NCBI RefSeq assembly: GCF_001194135.2
Contig: NC_068991.1
Span: 25,360,491-25,421,435 of the forward strand
DNA from: Octopus bimaculoides
Lineage: Eukaryota
Direction: 5' to 3'
DNA: 60,945 bases
Below the pieces are notes generated by a model, which was not told where the DNA came from, made no database searches, and saw only the letters and a program-made list of their open reading frames with translations. The position numbers were made by a program, and so were the translations under genes. Below are positions 38,086 to 52,849 of the stretch, piece by piece; position 1 is the first letter of the stretch; every line of letters begins with the position of its first letter.

Positions 38086-38337
38086 GTGTTCCTGAGCAAG
38101 GCACTTTATTTCACGTTGCTCCAGTTCACTCAGCTGTAGAAATGAGTTGTGATGTCACAGGTGCCAAGCTGTATTGGCCTTTGCCTTTCCCTTGGATAAC
38201 ACCGGTGGCGTGGAGAGAGGAGCGCGGTATGCATGGGCGACTGCTGGTCTTCCATAAACAACCTTGCCCGGACTTGTGCCTCTGAGGGTAACTTTCTAGG
38301 TGCAATCCCATGGTCAGTCATGACGGAAGGGGGTCTC
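38086..38337 (+). mobile_element. 5'-truncated CORE-like SINE
   Basis: cctgagcaaggcactttatttcacgttgctccagttcactcagctgtagaaatgagt resembles the CORE domain described for octopus SINEs. Confidence 0.7.
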
Positions 38338-38340
38338 AGC

Positions 38341-38399
<59 letters not shown>

Positions 38400-38741
38400 C
38401 CACACACACATTCACACATATATAAATATAAACATGGACACACATATTTTCCGCTCTCATCAATAAATGTATTTTCATGCTACTCTACTTAAAAGCCTCC
38501 AGATCCGCTCATATTTAAATACTATAAAAAGAAATACGATGCTAAAAGGTAAACTTATTAGGTTTGTTGGTTCCGACCTACATAGTGCTACATATCGTGA
38601 AATGTCGCTCTACGTATAATGACGTTTCTATGTAAATACATGCCATATTAATTGTATAACCAAAAATATCTGTTGGACATGGTAAATAGGACGATTTCAG
38701 AGTACGTATTGAGCATGTTATCATTGCATAATATTGGTTTC

Positions 38742-38920
38742 AAGCCCAGCAATTTCGGTGGGGGGAGGACAAATCGATTAAATCTACCCTAATATGGATA
38801 ATCAAAGGATGAACGGTAACGTCAACCCCGGTGGAATCTGAACTCAGAACGTGAAGACGGACGAAAAGCAACTAAGCATTCTTCCCTGTGTGCTAACGAT
38901 TTTGCCAGTTCACCGCTTTA
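38742..38920 (-). mobile_element. tRNA-derived SINE (57008 family)
   Basis: aaaggatgaacggtaacgtcaaccccggtggaatctgaactcagaacg...ttgccagttcaccgc. Confidence 0.75.
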
Positions 38921-39507
38921 GTCATTGCATAATACTGTGCCTAGTGTTTCTTCCAGGAAAGGTTTACATGCTTTTGGGCATGTATTGTTTGGGTATGTAT
39001 TTTGCATCACTGACGAAGTTGCGGTGTATTGTACCTTTTCCGTTTGAAGTCCATTATAAGATCTGTGAGTGATGTGTCTAAATGCAGATGTCTCTAAATG
39101 AGGCAATGTCGTTTCTCCATCGATTCTTGAAACTATCACTCATCTCAATTATATATGCATATGCATGTACACTCGTACTAATAATACATTTGCATACAAT
39201 GTTTCTACTTAAACAGTCGTTTGCCAGTGTACATGGTTTCTTATCTGTAGAATTGCATTTTGTTATATCACTGTCTGCAACCAGATTACTACATGTATTA
39301 AAACAGCGAGAAACTAATAATGATCTAGCAGTGATTTGGACTTTTCCCAACTGAACAGGTGCATTATACTGCTATTGTTGGATCACATTAATGCAATTAT
39401 TTTTATGGTATATGCACCGTTCAGCAATTACCTGCTGACACTAATAATCCGAAACAAATGTAGTGATTTGTAACTAACAGACAGATAGACAGACAGACAG
39501 ATACACT

Positions 39508-39615
<108 letters not shown>

Positions 39616-39645
39616 GAGAGAAGTGTAATCCCACGCAGGAAAAAA

Positions 39646-40086
39646 TATAGTGGAATTCGTTTTGGGGTTTGAAAAGGCACCTGAATCGTTTTTAAATCTT
39701 GTAATAAATTTATTCGAATACCAAACCGGTTTCGACAAGTTTTTCCCTATCAATGGTAAAGATAAATAAATAAAGGCTGTTGGAGAGTTTAAAGTTAAAG
39801 TGAAATTCGGAAAACCATCTTTAAATGACCAAATGTTCGAATGTTCACAGACATTTTTTACAATTTCTTTTTTACATTTGAAAATTTGGTCGTTTTGATG
39901 TTTTTTCCGAATTTTACCTTGTAACCTTAAACTCTTCTACACCTTTTATTTTTAAAGGTTTACCACTGATAAGCAAAAGATTGACGAAACCGGTTTGGTG
40001 TTTGAATAAGTCTATTAGAAAACTTTAAAATGACTACGTTTTCAGATTCAGGCGCACTTTCATACCCCGAAACAAATTCTCCTATA
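39646..40086. mobile_element. ~440-bp foldback/MITE made of two ~200-bp inverted arms
   Basis: Paired blocks include cctgaatc/gattcagg, accaaaccggtttcg/cgaaaccggtttggt, tggtaaa/tttacca, aaattcggaaaa/ttttccgaattt and gaccaaat/atttggtc. It has TATA-type ends. Confidence 0.85.
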
Positions 40087-40811
40087 TATACATGTATATA
40101 CACATACTTGAATATCTGAATTAAATAGACACCATTTCAGAAAGAACTATTTTTAGAAAATCAATAATTTCATTTGATACTTAATCTGGTATTTAGTGGT
40201 CTTGCTTTGTGCAGTTCTTAACGAATTAACCTCATTGATCAACGTACTAATGAGTTGTATCCGCATAGACAAAGCGGAACAACGAGGTTTGTCTTTTTAC
40301 ATTTGAGATGCACGTATATATATATTGATGTACACGCGTATGAAGATGTACGCACGTAACCATTACCATCGTTATACAATGTTCAGATTTACACATACAC
40401 ATGAGCATGAACTTAATCAAGTACAACTGCGCACGCAATCTAAATAATATGTCGAAAGCAATTTATTATGCTCATTAAAATAAACATATTCTAGATAACA
40501 CATACAGGAGTATTGGTCTGTGTTTGTAGCTTACATGTAAATAATAAAAAAATCTACGTATATTTCAGCTTCATTAGGCACAAGGAAAATTGATAATAAT
40601 TACACTGCAGACAGACTGTATATACATGGAATTAGCATTAACACTACACAAAATTAGGACGAAATTGTAAACACTCAAAAATTGTTAATAAAGCCTTTGC
40701 TAATAATAATCTAAGCAATCTATTTGTGAAAATCATACACAAATAGTTCAACATCTCAAAACCAATAAATGACTAGGTAGGCGTATACATTCATGCTTAT
40801 GTGTGTATGTG

Positions 40812-40864
<53 letters not shown>

Positions 40865-41144
40865 NNNNNNNNNNCTGTGCGCGCGTGTGTGTGTGTGTGT
40901 GTGTCTGTGTCTGTGCGCATGTGCGTAAAGAAACTCAAATCAAGCGTTTCACGTAGCAGTTATTCAAACGATTCCATCTTTCACATTGTATGAGACATTT
41001 AGGATCACCATTAAAAGAAAAGAACAGCTTTTAAATGAATATACGCACTTTGCTTATTGAATAATACTGATTTCGTTGTAAACCATGATCAATCGATACT
41101 TGTACATGTGTTTGCGTATGTAAGTGTGTGTGTGCGTGTGTTAC

Positions 41145-41410
41145 ATCGCATGGCCTAGTAGTTAGAGTATTGCATTCACGATCTAGGAACCGTGATTCCA
41201 GTTCCTAGATCCGGAAGTGCGTTGTGATCTTGAGTAAAACACTTTTTCTCACGTTGCTCTGCGATCGCTTGGATACCTGACGCGTGTTACACCGTGCACG
41301 TCTTTAGACAACTTCGATTTGATGGAGAGAGTGAGTTAGTGTATGACACCATCATTTAATCACTATAAATAAATCATTTGTGCCTGTCGTTCGGCAAAAG
41401 CTGAACACTT
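41145..41410 (+). mobile_element. tRNA-derived SINE with a CORE-like block
   Basis: A-box-like tggcctagtagttagag, then gcgttgtgatcttgagtaaaacactt...cacgttgctc. Confidence 0.65.
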
Positions 41411-42299
41411 ATACTTCGCTTTGAACAGGATACTCCAACACACACACACACACATACACACACACACACGCACGCACGCACACACATATACATAGTAACA
41501 CATATACACCCACCATCCCTCTCGTCCTAAACCCTGTTATCTCCATAACCTTCGCACATGTACTTTCGTTTTTCCCTTTCGGCATTTCACATCGTCTTAC
41601 GCGCATATGTGTGCACGTGCGTGTATGTACAAACACACACACGCGTGCACACGCGCGCGTACATACACATACACAAACACACACACACACACTCGCACAA
41701 TCACATAGAGATAGAGAGAAACAGAGAATGTGAAAAAGAATGAGAAGTGACAAAATAAAAGGAAAAAAGATGGTGACAGGTACCACATGGACATTCGAAA
41801 CCAAAATATGTAAGGCTGGAATATCAATGACAAATATCGTATGATCTTAGAGTATTCGAGGATTGTGAGTGTATCTCAGTAACCTTCAGTAAACTGTTTA
41901 GTAACATTTTAAGAAAGGTCAAGAGTTGATTCTGAGAAAAACGAATAGAAACTGATTTTGCACGAAGCATTCCCTTCATATCTACTGCATGTTAGATTTA
42001 TATTTATATGAGAGATATATAATCTAAAATCGATTAGATTAGCAAGAACAAAATATTTGAATTGATAGCACACTGGTCGCATTGTGATGTAGCTCAAACA
42101 ACAGGCAAACGTGTCGTTAGCTTTACTTCATATCCGTTATAGCATACATAACCTTACATATCTTACAAGGACTGTCGGAGAGACAGGCATAGGTGGGAGA
42201 AAAGTTTACTTAAGGGTCACAGGTTCAGCGTTGTTAATTTATTTACAATGTCTACTATAGCACTGAGTAAATTTTCTCCCTGTGTGTATATATATATGA

Positions 42300-42340
<41 letters not shown>

Positions 42341-42362
42341 CGTGTGTGTGTATGTGTGTGTG

Positions 42363-42396
<34 letters not shown>

Positions 42397-43127
42397 AGTA
42401 TATATATAGATATATATATATGTGTAGATATATATGTGTGTGTGTTTGTGTATCTATACGGTTAATCATACACATAGATATCAAATTTTGCAAGGAAAAG
42501 GTTGACTATCAACCTTTTCTTTGTAAATGTTAATATAATATACTCTACTAAAAGTATTGAATAATTCTTCAGTTTAATGTTAAATTGTTTTCATATATAA
42601 CTTGACATAAAAAACGAATATTAGTATATGTGTGTGGTGTGTATGTGTGTGTTTGTACTGTGAGTGTGTGTGCGTGTGTGTGTATTATGTATATATGAAT
42701 AAATGTATTTTATAAATAATATAGATAAATATTATACGTACACCCGTATATACACTCGAACATACATGCATATAGATACTGAGATATTAACTTGAAAGAA
42801 ACCGATCAAATTTGTCCTAAGTCCGCTTTCTTCATTTTGTCCAATGCAACCTTCATTTCTAAGCAATTCTCCCCGCAAGCAATACTCACAAACCAAGCCT
42901 TGTCTACTGACATGAACGATTCACAGAGAAACTTTCGTTTTGATTTCATGCAGGAATGTGTCGGAATGCCTAATCAATTAAAGACACGAAATTAGTTAAC
43001 AGCTCAGGAAATTAACATTCTTGTAAAAATGAGATGGCAGTGTTTTCGTGGCTATAAACAACATTTTAGTCTATTTTGAATGCTTTCTCCCAGGAAACAA
43101 CATTCCTTACATATGTCTTGATTTTTC

Positions 43128-43176
<49 letters not shown>

Positions 43177-43267
43177 GAGTTAGGATATGGTATGATTTTG
43201 TGGTCAAAAAGGAAATAATTATTGACTGGAAATAGTATTAATGTTGTCATTATTTAATTTTGCCTTA

Positions 43268-44562
43268 ATTTCGCAGAGGTTGACTTTACCTTTCAACCTT
43301 TCGGGTTGGATAAAATAAGTGCCACTTCATCACTGGAGTAGCAGGGATTATTTAAGTTTGCCTTTAGGCGTGAGCTGGCAGAATTGTTAGCACATTGAGT
43401 AAAATGCTTATCGGGTGGGATTTCGCCTGTCTACATTAAAATTCTGCCGAAATCAACTTTGCCTTTTATCCTAAAGTAAGTACCAGTTGAGTGCTGAGTT
43501 CAATGTGCCAGGACATCCGCTTACCTCCTCCTCCGAAGTTGCTGGCTTTGAACCAAAATTTGAAACCATTACTTACTATTGCCTTCAGGCGGTGAGCTAG
43601 CAGAATCGTTAGTACGCCGGGCAAGATGCTTCAAATGCTTCAAAATTTGTTTAAGTTCAGCCGAGGTCAACTTAGCCTTTCATCATTTCGGTGTCGATCA
43701 AATGAATACTATTTGAGTAGTGGGGTCGATGTAAGGGACTTGCTCCTCACCCAAAATTGCTGTTCTTGTTTCAAAATTTGAAACCGTTATTTAATTTCAT
43801 CTAAGGCGGTGAACTAATAGAAGTGTTTCTGCGAAGGTTAAAATGTTTATCAGCATTTCTCCTGGCTCTTTACGCTATGAGTTCAAATACCGTCAAGATC
43901 GACATTGCCTTCCTTCCTTGCGGGACCAATAAAATATGTACAGATTGAGTTCTGGGGGAAATATAATTAAGTAACCCGTCCCTTAAAATTGTTAATCTGT
44001 GCCAAGTGTAGGAAGAATTAATTTTAACTTAAGTGGAGAACAGGCAGAATCCTTAGTAGCCGGACTAAATGCATCGCTGCATTTTCCCCGGCTTTAAAAT
44101 CTGAGTTGCAGTGTCACGAAGGTCGACATTACCTTTCATAATTACGGGGGCTAATAAAATAGTATCAGACAAGCATTGGGGTAGATGTAATTGACTATCC
44201 CCAGCCCAGGAAATTTCAGGCATTGTGTCTATAGTAGAAAGAGTTTTAGTTTTACCGTTAAAAATGTTGGATGACAGAACGTTTTGCAGTTTTTGTTCCA
44301 GGTCATTACATTCTGATTTAAAATCATGCCGAGCTCAACAGGGCCTTTTATCCTTTCCGGGTTTGTAAAATATAGTGCCAGCCAAGTAGTGGACTCAATG
44401 TTAACTGATTTGTCCGCCACCCTCAAAAGTCCTTGCCTTGTATTGAAACTGGAAAACACTATCAGTTTTACATTAACGGAGGTGAATAGGCAGACTTGTA
44501 TTTCCTTCAGCTCTTTACGTTGTGAGATCAAATTTGCCTTTCATCCTTTTGGAGACTAAATT
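43268..44562 (+). mobile_element. Head-to-tail array of six or seven diverged tRNA-derived SINEs
   Basis: Heads at ~43365, 43587, 43803, 44031, ~44245 and ~44476, plus a partial copy at 43268. Each has the gaggtc(g/a)ac.ttgcctttcatcc core. Confidence 0.8.
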
Positions 44563-44590
44563 ACATTTCAAGTTGTAGATTCACCATATT

Positions 44591-44622
<32 letters not shown>

Positions 44623-44897
44623 TTATCTATCTATACACGAAGAGACAAAGTCAGAGAGGAAAGTTTTAATTCATTTTTCTTTGTTCTGTTACCTCTAAAC
44701 TATATGGGAACCAGCGTACATTTAGAGTGAAAAGGTTATATGAAAAGGTTATATATGATTCTTCGAACTGGTGAAGGTTTTGAGAAATAGAACTTATACA
44801 TACATAATACATGCATACACACTTGTATGTGTATNNNNNNNNNNNNNNNNNNNNNNNNNNNNNNNNNNNNNNNNNNNNNNNNNNNNNNNNNNNNNNN

Positions 44898-44966
<69 letters not shown>

Positions 44967-45459
44967 CTCATTTATCAGAAGAGAGATGACATTGTTATTG
45001 TAGTTACTGTCATCCATCTATTGCAAATGTATAATAAATATACATTTCACAAAATCTATTTAGTAATTCTTATGTTATGGTTTATTGTTTTATTACAATT
45101 CGGCATAAAAAAAACATATATTAATACATACATACATACATACATATGTTGATGTATTTATGTCTGCGAACACAGTTGGAAATGTGGTGGCATGATAATA
45201 TAATGTTTTCTGATATTAATATGTATGATTATGCTACTAAATCTAAATTTAATTATAGTGTGTACTAATATATCAATTTCTGAATATTGTCTTTGTCTTG
45301 TATATTGATGAGTCTATAAACTCTATAGGCATATATTTTTTAATATCTTGAATTCCATTTGCGATTTAATTTGATTTCTATACATATGAAGCTACTTACC
45401 TTTTAGACTTTAACTTCGACGTACATTCCACTTTACATAACTACCAATCCTATCTCTCT

Positions 45460-45460
45460 A

Positions 45461-45544
<84 letters not shown>

Positions 45545-45545
45545 A

Positions 45546-45582
<37 letters not shown>

Positions 45583-45726
45583 NNNNNNNNNNNNNNNNNN
45601 NNNNNNNNNNNNNNNNNNNNNNNNNNNNNNNNNNNNNNNNNNNNNNNNNNNNNNNNNNNNNNNNNNNNNNNNNNNNNNNNNNNNNNNNNNNNNNNNNNNN
45701 NNNNNNNNNNNNNNNNNNNNNNNNNN

Positions 45727-45782
<56 letters not shown>
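45460..45782. repeat. (CTAT)n / (CTGT)n / gap / (CT)n compound microsatellite
   Basis: Seen directly. Confidence 0.9.
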
Positions 45783-45784
<2 letters not shown>

Positions 45785-47083
45785 ACTTTCTATCTACCAT
45801 CATTTCCATCTTTCATTTCTTTTCTCGTTTCTGCATTCTTTCTTGATTCACTTCACTCACATTCATTTTCTTCGTTTCGTATGATTTTCTTCACGACTTC
45901 ATTTTCCTTCTAATCTGTTCCGCTTCACATCCTTCCCTCTATGCCTCCTCCTATTCCTTCAACAAACCATTTGCATTACAATTTCTATCTATTTTTAGTA
46001 TTTTCTCATTATTTCATTGCTAGTTCTTCTCTGCTATTCTCCTCTGTTCTTCTTTTACCGTCATCTTTTTTTTTTTAATTTTAATTTTATTTACAACGAG
46101 TTAATCCGCAGTTTTCAAATACATCTGCTCGTACACATGGAATCATTCACAAACTGAAATTTGAAGAATCAGGCTACCTTTTTTATACTACAAACGTTTT
46201 CGTTCACACTGTCGCCTATTCACTCAACAAGAAAACGCTGTAAAAAGCCATCGGTATACCATGTTTCAAAAGGTAAAGGAAACTTGGCATGCATTACCAT
46301 GTAGACAACTGCATCTTTTCCCGAAGTCACGAAGAAACTTGTGCAAAAATAACTGCGTCTTTTTAAAAGAGATTTGGCTGGAAAATGATGCAATTGTACT
46401 TTTATGAATTATTTTGTTGTTCTAAGTTAATAAATTAATTAACCGCAAAACGGGTACCCAGACAGGACACTGGATTCTGCATTTTTAGAGTAAACAGGTA
46501 GTGGAGAGAATGTGGTTACTGTAATCATTACGGCAGCTTAAATGGCGTTTCAAGTTCAAGCCTGCACCACAGTAACTACAAATTGAGCCTGTCTTGTGAC
46601 GCCCACAACAAGTTTTCTCACATACAAAGAAGACAAAACTTGCATTACAGTCANNNNNNNNNNNNNNNNNNNNNNNNNNNNNNNNNNNNNNNNNNNNNNN
46701 NNNNNNNNNNNNNNNNNNNNNNNNNNNNNNNNNNNNNNNNNNNNNNNNNNNNNNNNNNNNNNNNNNNNNNNNNNNNNNNNNNNNNNNNNNNNNNNNNNNN
46801 NNNNNNNNNNNNNNNNNNNNNNNNNNNNNNNNNNNNNNNNNNNNNNNNNNNNNNNNNNNNNNNNNNNNNNNNNNNNNNNNNNNNNNNNNNNNNNNNNNNN
46901 NNNNNNNNNNNNNNNNNNNNNNNNNNNNNNNNNNNNNNNNNNNNNNNNNNNNNNNNNNNNNNNNNNNNNNNNNNNNNNNNNNNNNNNNNNNNNNNNNNNN
47001 NNNNNNNNNNNNNNNNNNNNNNNNNNNNNNNNNNNNNNNNNNNNNNNNNNNNNNNNNNNNNNNNNNNNNNNNNNNNNNNNNNN

Positions 47084-47124
<41 letters not shown>

Positions 47125-47231
47125 TATACATACATATATTCATACATACATAGATATATATATACATACATACACATGTACACACACATATATTTATACC
47201 GTATACACACACGTATACGTATACACACACA

Positions 47232-47277
<46 letters not shown>

Positions 47278-47579
47278 TATATATATATATATGTATACAT
47301 ACACACACAAACAGATACACACACATCCCTATATATATTTAGTTATATATGTTTGAATGTCAGAAGTGAGAAAGAAAGACAGGAGTCATACAGGTCGTAC
47401 AAATTTTCGATTATGCATAGTCATTATTAATCGGTTCGTTCTACAGTTATATCATATTTTTGTTCATTTTGCCATGATTGACAAGACACTAGCATAAAAT
47501 TAGAAAAAAGTAATAAAACGTCACATCTGTTTTGGAGTCAATTCCCAGCTGTGATTACATACATACATAGACCTCCTCC

Positions 47580-47628
<49 letters not shown>

Positions 47629-49505
47629 GGAAAAAAGATAGAAGGAGAGAGAGAGAGATGCGTTTCTTTCCGTAAAATATCCCAGACGTGAAGATCGAAG
47701 CAGGGAATACTAAGAAAAAAAAATCGTGGAGAGAAAAACGGAAAAATTCAAAAGAAATACAAATATAGAAAACACGAGAAAACAAACTTAGACATATGAG
47801 AGAACGACACATCAACAATAGGAGCAGGAAGGATGAAAATATTAGCAATAAGAGGAGGAGAATATAAAGGAAACACAGGAAGAACAAAAGGAAGCAGGGA
47901 AAACAATAAAATAAGACAAATATAAGTGAGGCACATGCATATATGAATATACGTACGTGTGTTTGTGTGCAATTATTTGTGATGCATTCACTTGACTAAT
48001 ACAATTCCTCCTGTAAAGTTGATTTGGTTTTCTTTCCTATATACTCGACGTCCCAATACTAATTCGTTCACCCTAACTCATGGGAAGATTGATGTATCGA
48101 TCTTTCTTCGGTCTACATTTGTTTTATTTCCATTGCATTGCTTACTTGTTTTTTTAATATTTTTGTGTCCCTCCAAATATATACATGTATATATATATAT
48201 ATATNNNNNNNNNNNNNNNNNNNNNNNNNNNNNNNNNNNNNNNNNNNNNNNNNNNNNNNNNNNNNNNNNNNNNNNNNNNNNNNNNNNNNNNNNNNNNNNN
48301 NNNNNNNNNNNNNNNNNNNNNNNNNNNNNNNNNNNNNNNNNNNNNNNNNNNNNNNNNNNNNNNNNNNNNNNNNNNNNNNNNNNNNNNNNNNNNNNNNNNN
48401 NNNNNNNNNNNNNNNNNNNNNNNNNNNNNNNNNNNNNNNNNNNNNNNNNNNNNNNNNNNNNNNNNNNNNNNNNNNNNNNNNNNNNNNNNNNNNNNNNNNN
48501 NNNNNNNNNNNNNNNNNNNNNNNNNNNNNNNNNNNNNNNNNNNNNNNNNNNNNNNNNNNNNNNNNNNNNNNNNNNNNNNNNNNNNNNNNNNNNNNNNNNN
48601 NNNNNNNNNNNNNNNNNNNNNNNNNNNNNNNNNNNNNNNNNNNNNNNNNNNNNNNNNNNNNNNNNNNNNNNNNNNNNNNNNNNNNNNNNNNNNNNNNNNN
48701 NNNNNNNNNNNNNNNNNNNNNNNNNNNNNNNNNNNNNNNNNNNNNNNNNNNNNNNNNNNNNNNNNNNNNNNNNNNNNNNNNNNNNNNNNNNNNNNNNNNN
48801 NNNNNNNNNNNNNNNNNNNNNNNNNNNNNNNNNNNNNNNNNNNNNNNNNNNNNNNNNNNNNNNNNNNNNNNNNNNNNNNNNNNNNNNNNNNNNNNNNNNN
48901 NNNNNNNNNNNNNNNNNNNNNNNNNNNNNNNNNNNNNNNNNNNNNNNNNNNNNNNNNNNNNNNNNNNNNNNNNNNNNNNNNNNNNCAGCAGCAACAACAA
49001 CAACGATCGAGAGAAGAAAAAGTCAGACAAAAGACGAAAGTATGAATACTTCAAACATAAATAAATCCACATCTTATTCCAGCCTATATACACAGCAATA
49101 AAACTGCAGTTAACAATGTAAGAGTGATCGTAATACTATTTTTATGTATTTTCGGTTCGTTTGGACTTCAATTATATTATTTTGTTGATCTCGGAAGATA
49201 TATTTTCTTCTTCATTAAAAAACAAAACAGAAATCAAACGAAATCTTATTGCTTTGTTCGTTTTTGGAGGGGTGGGATAAGGAAGGAAGGACGGGCGTTC
49301 CTGACGCAGTTTTCTATGTATTTCTTTGCAAATTGTTTTATTATATCGATCTTTTAAGTATTTCTTTCGGCATCGACCCGACAGTTTAAGAAACAATTCC
49401 GACGACTGGAAGATTTCGTCGTTACTATTGATAACTTGCTCTATGTATGTATGTATGTATGTATGTATGTATGTATGTATGTATGTATGTATGTATGTAT
49501 GTATG

Positions 49506-49552
<47 letters not shown>

Positions 49553-50114
49553 GTGTGCGTGTGTTTATGTGGCGTGCAAATGTGCGTGTTTATGCTTGTA
49601 CATATAATTTTGTTAACCTAACAATTGTAATTATTATTTTTAGTATTTGTTTTTAACATTTTATGTCGTGGTAATAAATTTATGCATTATATTTCTCAGA
49701 GGTGGAGTTGTAACAAATAAGTTTGAAATTTCCAGGATTTCTTAGGCACTTAAAGGGACGTTGATGGTACACCATGATTCATTGGTTAATGCTGTTTAAC
49801 ACCAGGTCAGATTTGAAATTGTAGACCTAGGTTTAAAGCTATTCCAATCATGATAGTCACATTTTTTATCTCTTTCGTATGTCAACTTTTTAGAAGGCAG
49901 AGTTACGTAATTTGAAGGATATTTGGTCGCTATTTCTGGAAGGTAGAGCAACTCTCTGAGTGAGTTGCAATTCCTTCACTAGGACGCAGATATGAAATTA
50001 TTCTCAAACCAGACACTTTATCTGAATGCCTGTGCCAAACTTTACCCACAACCGTTACTCGAGAGCAAGTTCAACCAGATAACATGTACCATGATTGCTG
50101 ATTGTTGTAGGTGC

Positions 50115-50380
50115 CAATAGAGTCACAGGGAGACATAGACACACTGTCAGCCTCTCCATTCCTTCCACACTTGATCCTGTGGAGCATCAGCATATGACAA
50201 CAGGAGGGGGGAGTTGCACCAGTCTCAAAAGCTGGTATTTATTTTTACGTGAGTAGACTACAGCAACGTGAAATGAAGTACCTTGTTCAAGGACACAGCA
50301 CCCTGCTCGGTCCAGACATCAAATTCAAGATCGTATGAATGTCAACCTAATTCTCTAACCTGTATGGCACGCTTCTTCAC
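50115..50380 (-). mobile_element. CORE-like tRNA-derived SINE
   Basis: gcaacgtgaaatgaagtaccttgttcaaggacacagc is the reverse complement of the block at 38086-38120. Confidence 0.7.
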
Positions 50381-52104
50381 ATCTACTTGCTTACATTTCG
50401 TTAAGTCTATCTAAACTAGTCTCATAAGATTCCCGACTGTATCCGTGTAACAATTGTACTTCTCAAGTGATAACTAATTCCATGATTAGGATAAAAAGAT
50501 ACTGGTCTGAAGATACTTGAAGTTAGACTGAACCTGGATGTAGATGATTACGAAACGAAGTTATTATCTTATTGCCATGTTTGCATTTTAAATTTAGTTC
50601 ATCAGCTTATATGTTTTTGTTACTTATAAAAATAAATATTGTTAAATTATTCGACGAAACAGCGTAAATCATTATATCAAAGACAAATGTTTCTTTATTA
50701 CGAAATATTATTCATAACATTTTGAAAAAGACAAAAGAAAAACATTATGTTTCGTTTATAGCTACTTTCACCATTAAGAGAGAAAACTCAATTAGTCTAA
50801 TAATGCGTATATATACATACATTATACACACGCACACACACACACACACACGCGCACACACACACATCTTTCTCTCTCCCTCTCTCTCTCTATATATATA
50901 TACATACCTATGTGTATGTGTTGGTATGTATACATATATATGTATATGAATACATGTGTGTATAGGTCTATACATATACGTACGTATATATACATAAAAA
51001 TGTAGACATACATAAATATATAAATATATGCATATATCCATACATATATGTACATACCTACATCTATATGTGTACATACATGCATATATGGGTACAGGAC
51101 ATAAAAACAAAAGCGTTAAACACAATGAGAAAAGATAACATAAAAACGAAAACAGAAAACGAAGTTGTTTCGAACAACGGAAAAAACAAACAGAGCAACG
51201 AGACATGCAACATAAAGAGTATACCCCTTCGTCAGTTGTTCCTGTTCCATCTACTCCGCGTTCGAAGGCAAGGAAAAAACGCGAGTTCGTTGGAACAGTT
51301 CTACCCGCAAAGCAAATTAAATAAAATTTGGAATTTTTTGCGGAGGTTAACAAATGAAAGTGTTAACAAGAACAGGACANNNNNNNNNNNNNNNNNNNNN
51401 NNNNNNNNNNNNNNNNNNNNNNNNNNNNNNNNNNNNNNNNNNNNNNNNNNNNNNNNNNNNNNNNNNNNNNNNNNNNNNNNNNNNNNNNNNNNNNNNNNNN
51501 NNNNNNNNNNNNNNNNNNNNNNNNNNNNNNNNNNNNNNNNNNNNNNNNNNNNNNNNNTCATAAAGAGATACATGTATACGTATGCATGTTTGTACGCATA
51601 TAAGTATCATGCATATGGAGTTCATTATGAATGTAGTACTTATTTCTCCTCGCCTGAGTACAATACACACAATGTTAGAATACCCCATATTAGAAGCGAT
51701 TCTTGAGTATAGAATGTACTTCACATGTATAATATATTTATTCCACTAAAATTTCCGTGTCATCTACCAAGTAAATGTTTTTATTCATAAAATGCGTAAG
51801 TCGTTCCTAAAAGTGCTTCTATTCCATTACAGCATATAGATTCTGTATAAAAATGCATGTTAAGTCATATGTGCTAAACTAAATTTGTGCCTTCTCTCCC
51901 AATATAGTTCTCATTGCTTGAAATTGACATATCTAAATATAGAATATATTGAAATTACCCATTCTAAATATGTTGATAATGAAATCGTTTTAGAAAGGTC
52001 AAACAAGAGAAAATCGATCGGGATATAGCATATTACTTCCCCTTTAGCTTTCCTGTTCTGATGCATCACACTCCTTCTCTCCCCTCTCACTTTCTCTTTC
52101 TTTC

Positions 52105-52151
<47 letters not shown>

Positions 52152-52163
52152 GCCCCTCACTCT

Positions 52164-52195
<32 letters not shown>

Positions 52196-52849
52196 TGTAC
52201 ACAAACACACACACACATGAGTGTATGTGTGTGTGTGTATCACTGTTATAAGGCATAGCAACTATTAGAAATCAATCCTGAACAAGAATAATAAGACCAT
52301 TTCCCAAAACTTTAGGAAAAAGTCTAACGGCCAATAGAAACTATTTGTGTATTCATTGAAACGGGAATCTTTCGTCGCAGATGGGAACCATTCGAATTTG
52401 CTTCCAATCCCATATGTAGATTATTTAGTGAGAATTACGTGAATTATTTAGAAAATGTCAAGCAGTATTAAGAGTAGCATTAGTAAATGATCTGTTCTTT
52501 AAGTATAAGACTACGGTGGTACATATTCAAGATGAAACGACACTTATTCCATGTTAAATTTTGACCTCACTGTTTTGATATTTTTACTCATCTACCCTTG
52601 AGTTATCTAAGATATATAATAATACAGACGGCAATTATATCAATATTGTGTACCAAAGGAGGACCGTGTATTTCAATTTGGTTGATACAATCAGTGAATA
52701 GTTTGCAGAAGTAACATCAGCAGAAATATTATATTGTATTAGAAGAGAATACAGTTCTCAACTATCACAAAGAATTACAAACCAGTAAATCCCAAGAAAA
52801 CCTTAACTCCTAAATATACCCCTTCGCCTGTTTCATACGTTTATTTCCT

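Noticed and set aside
51215-51245. Minus-strand CTGACGA as a hammerhead core
   Set aside because: No GAAA box follows the putative helix II.
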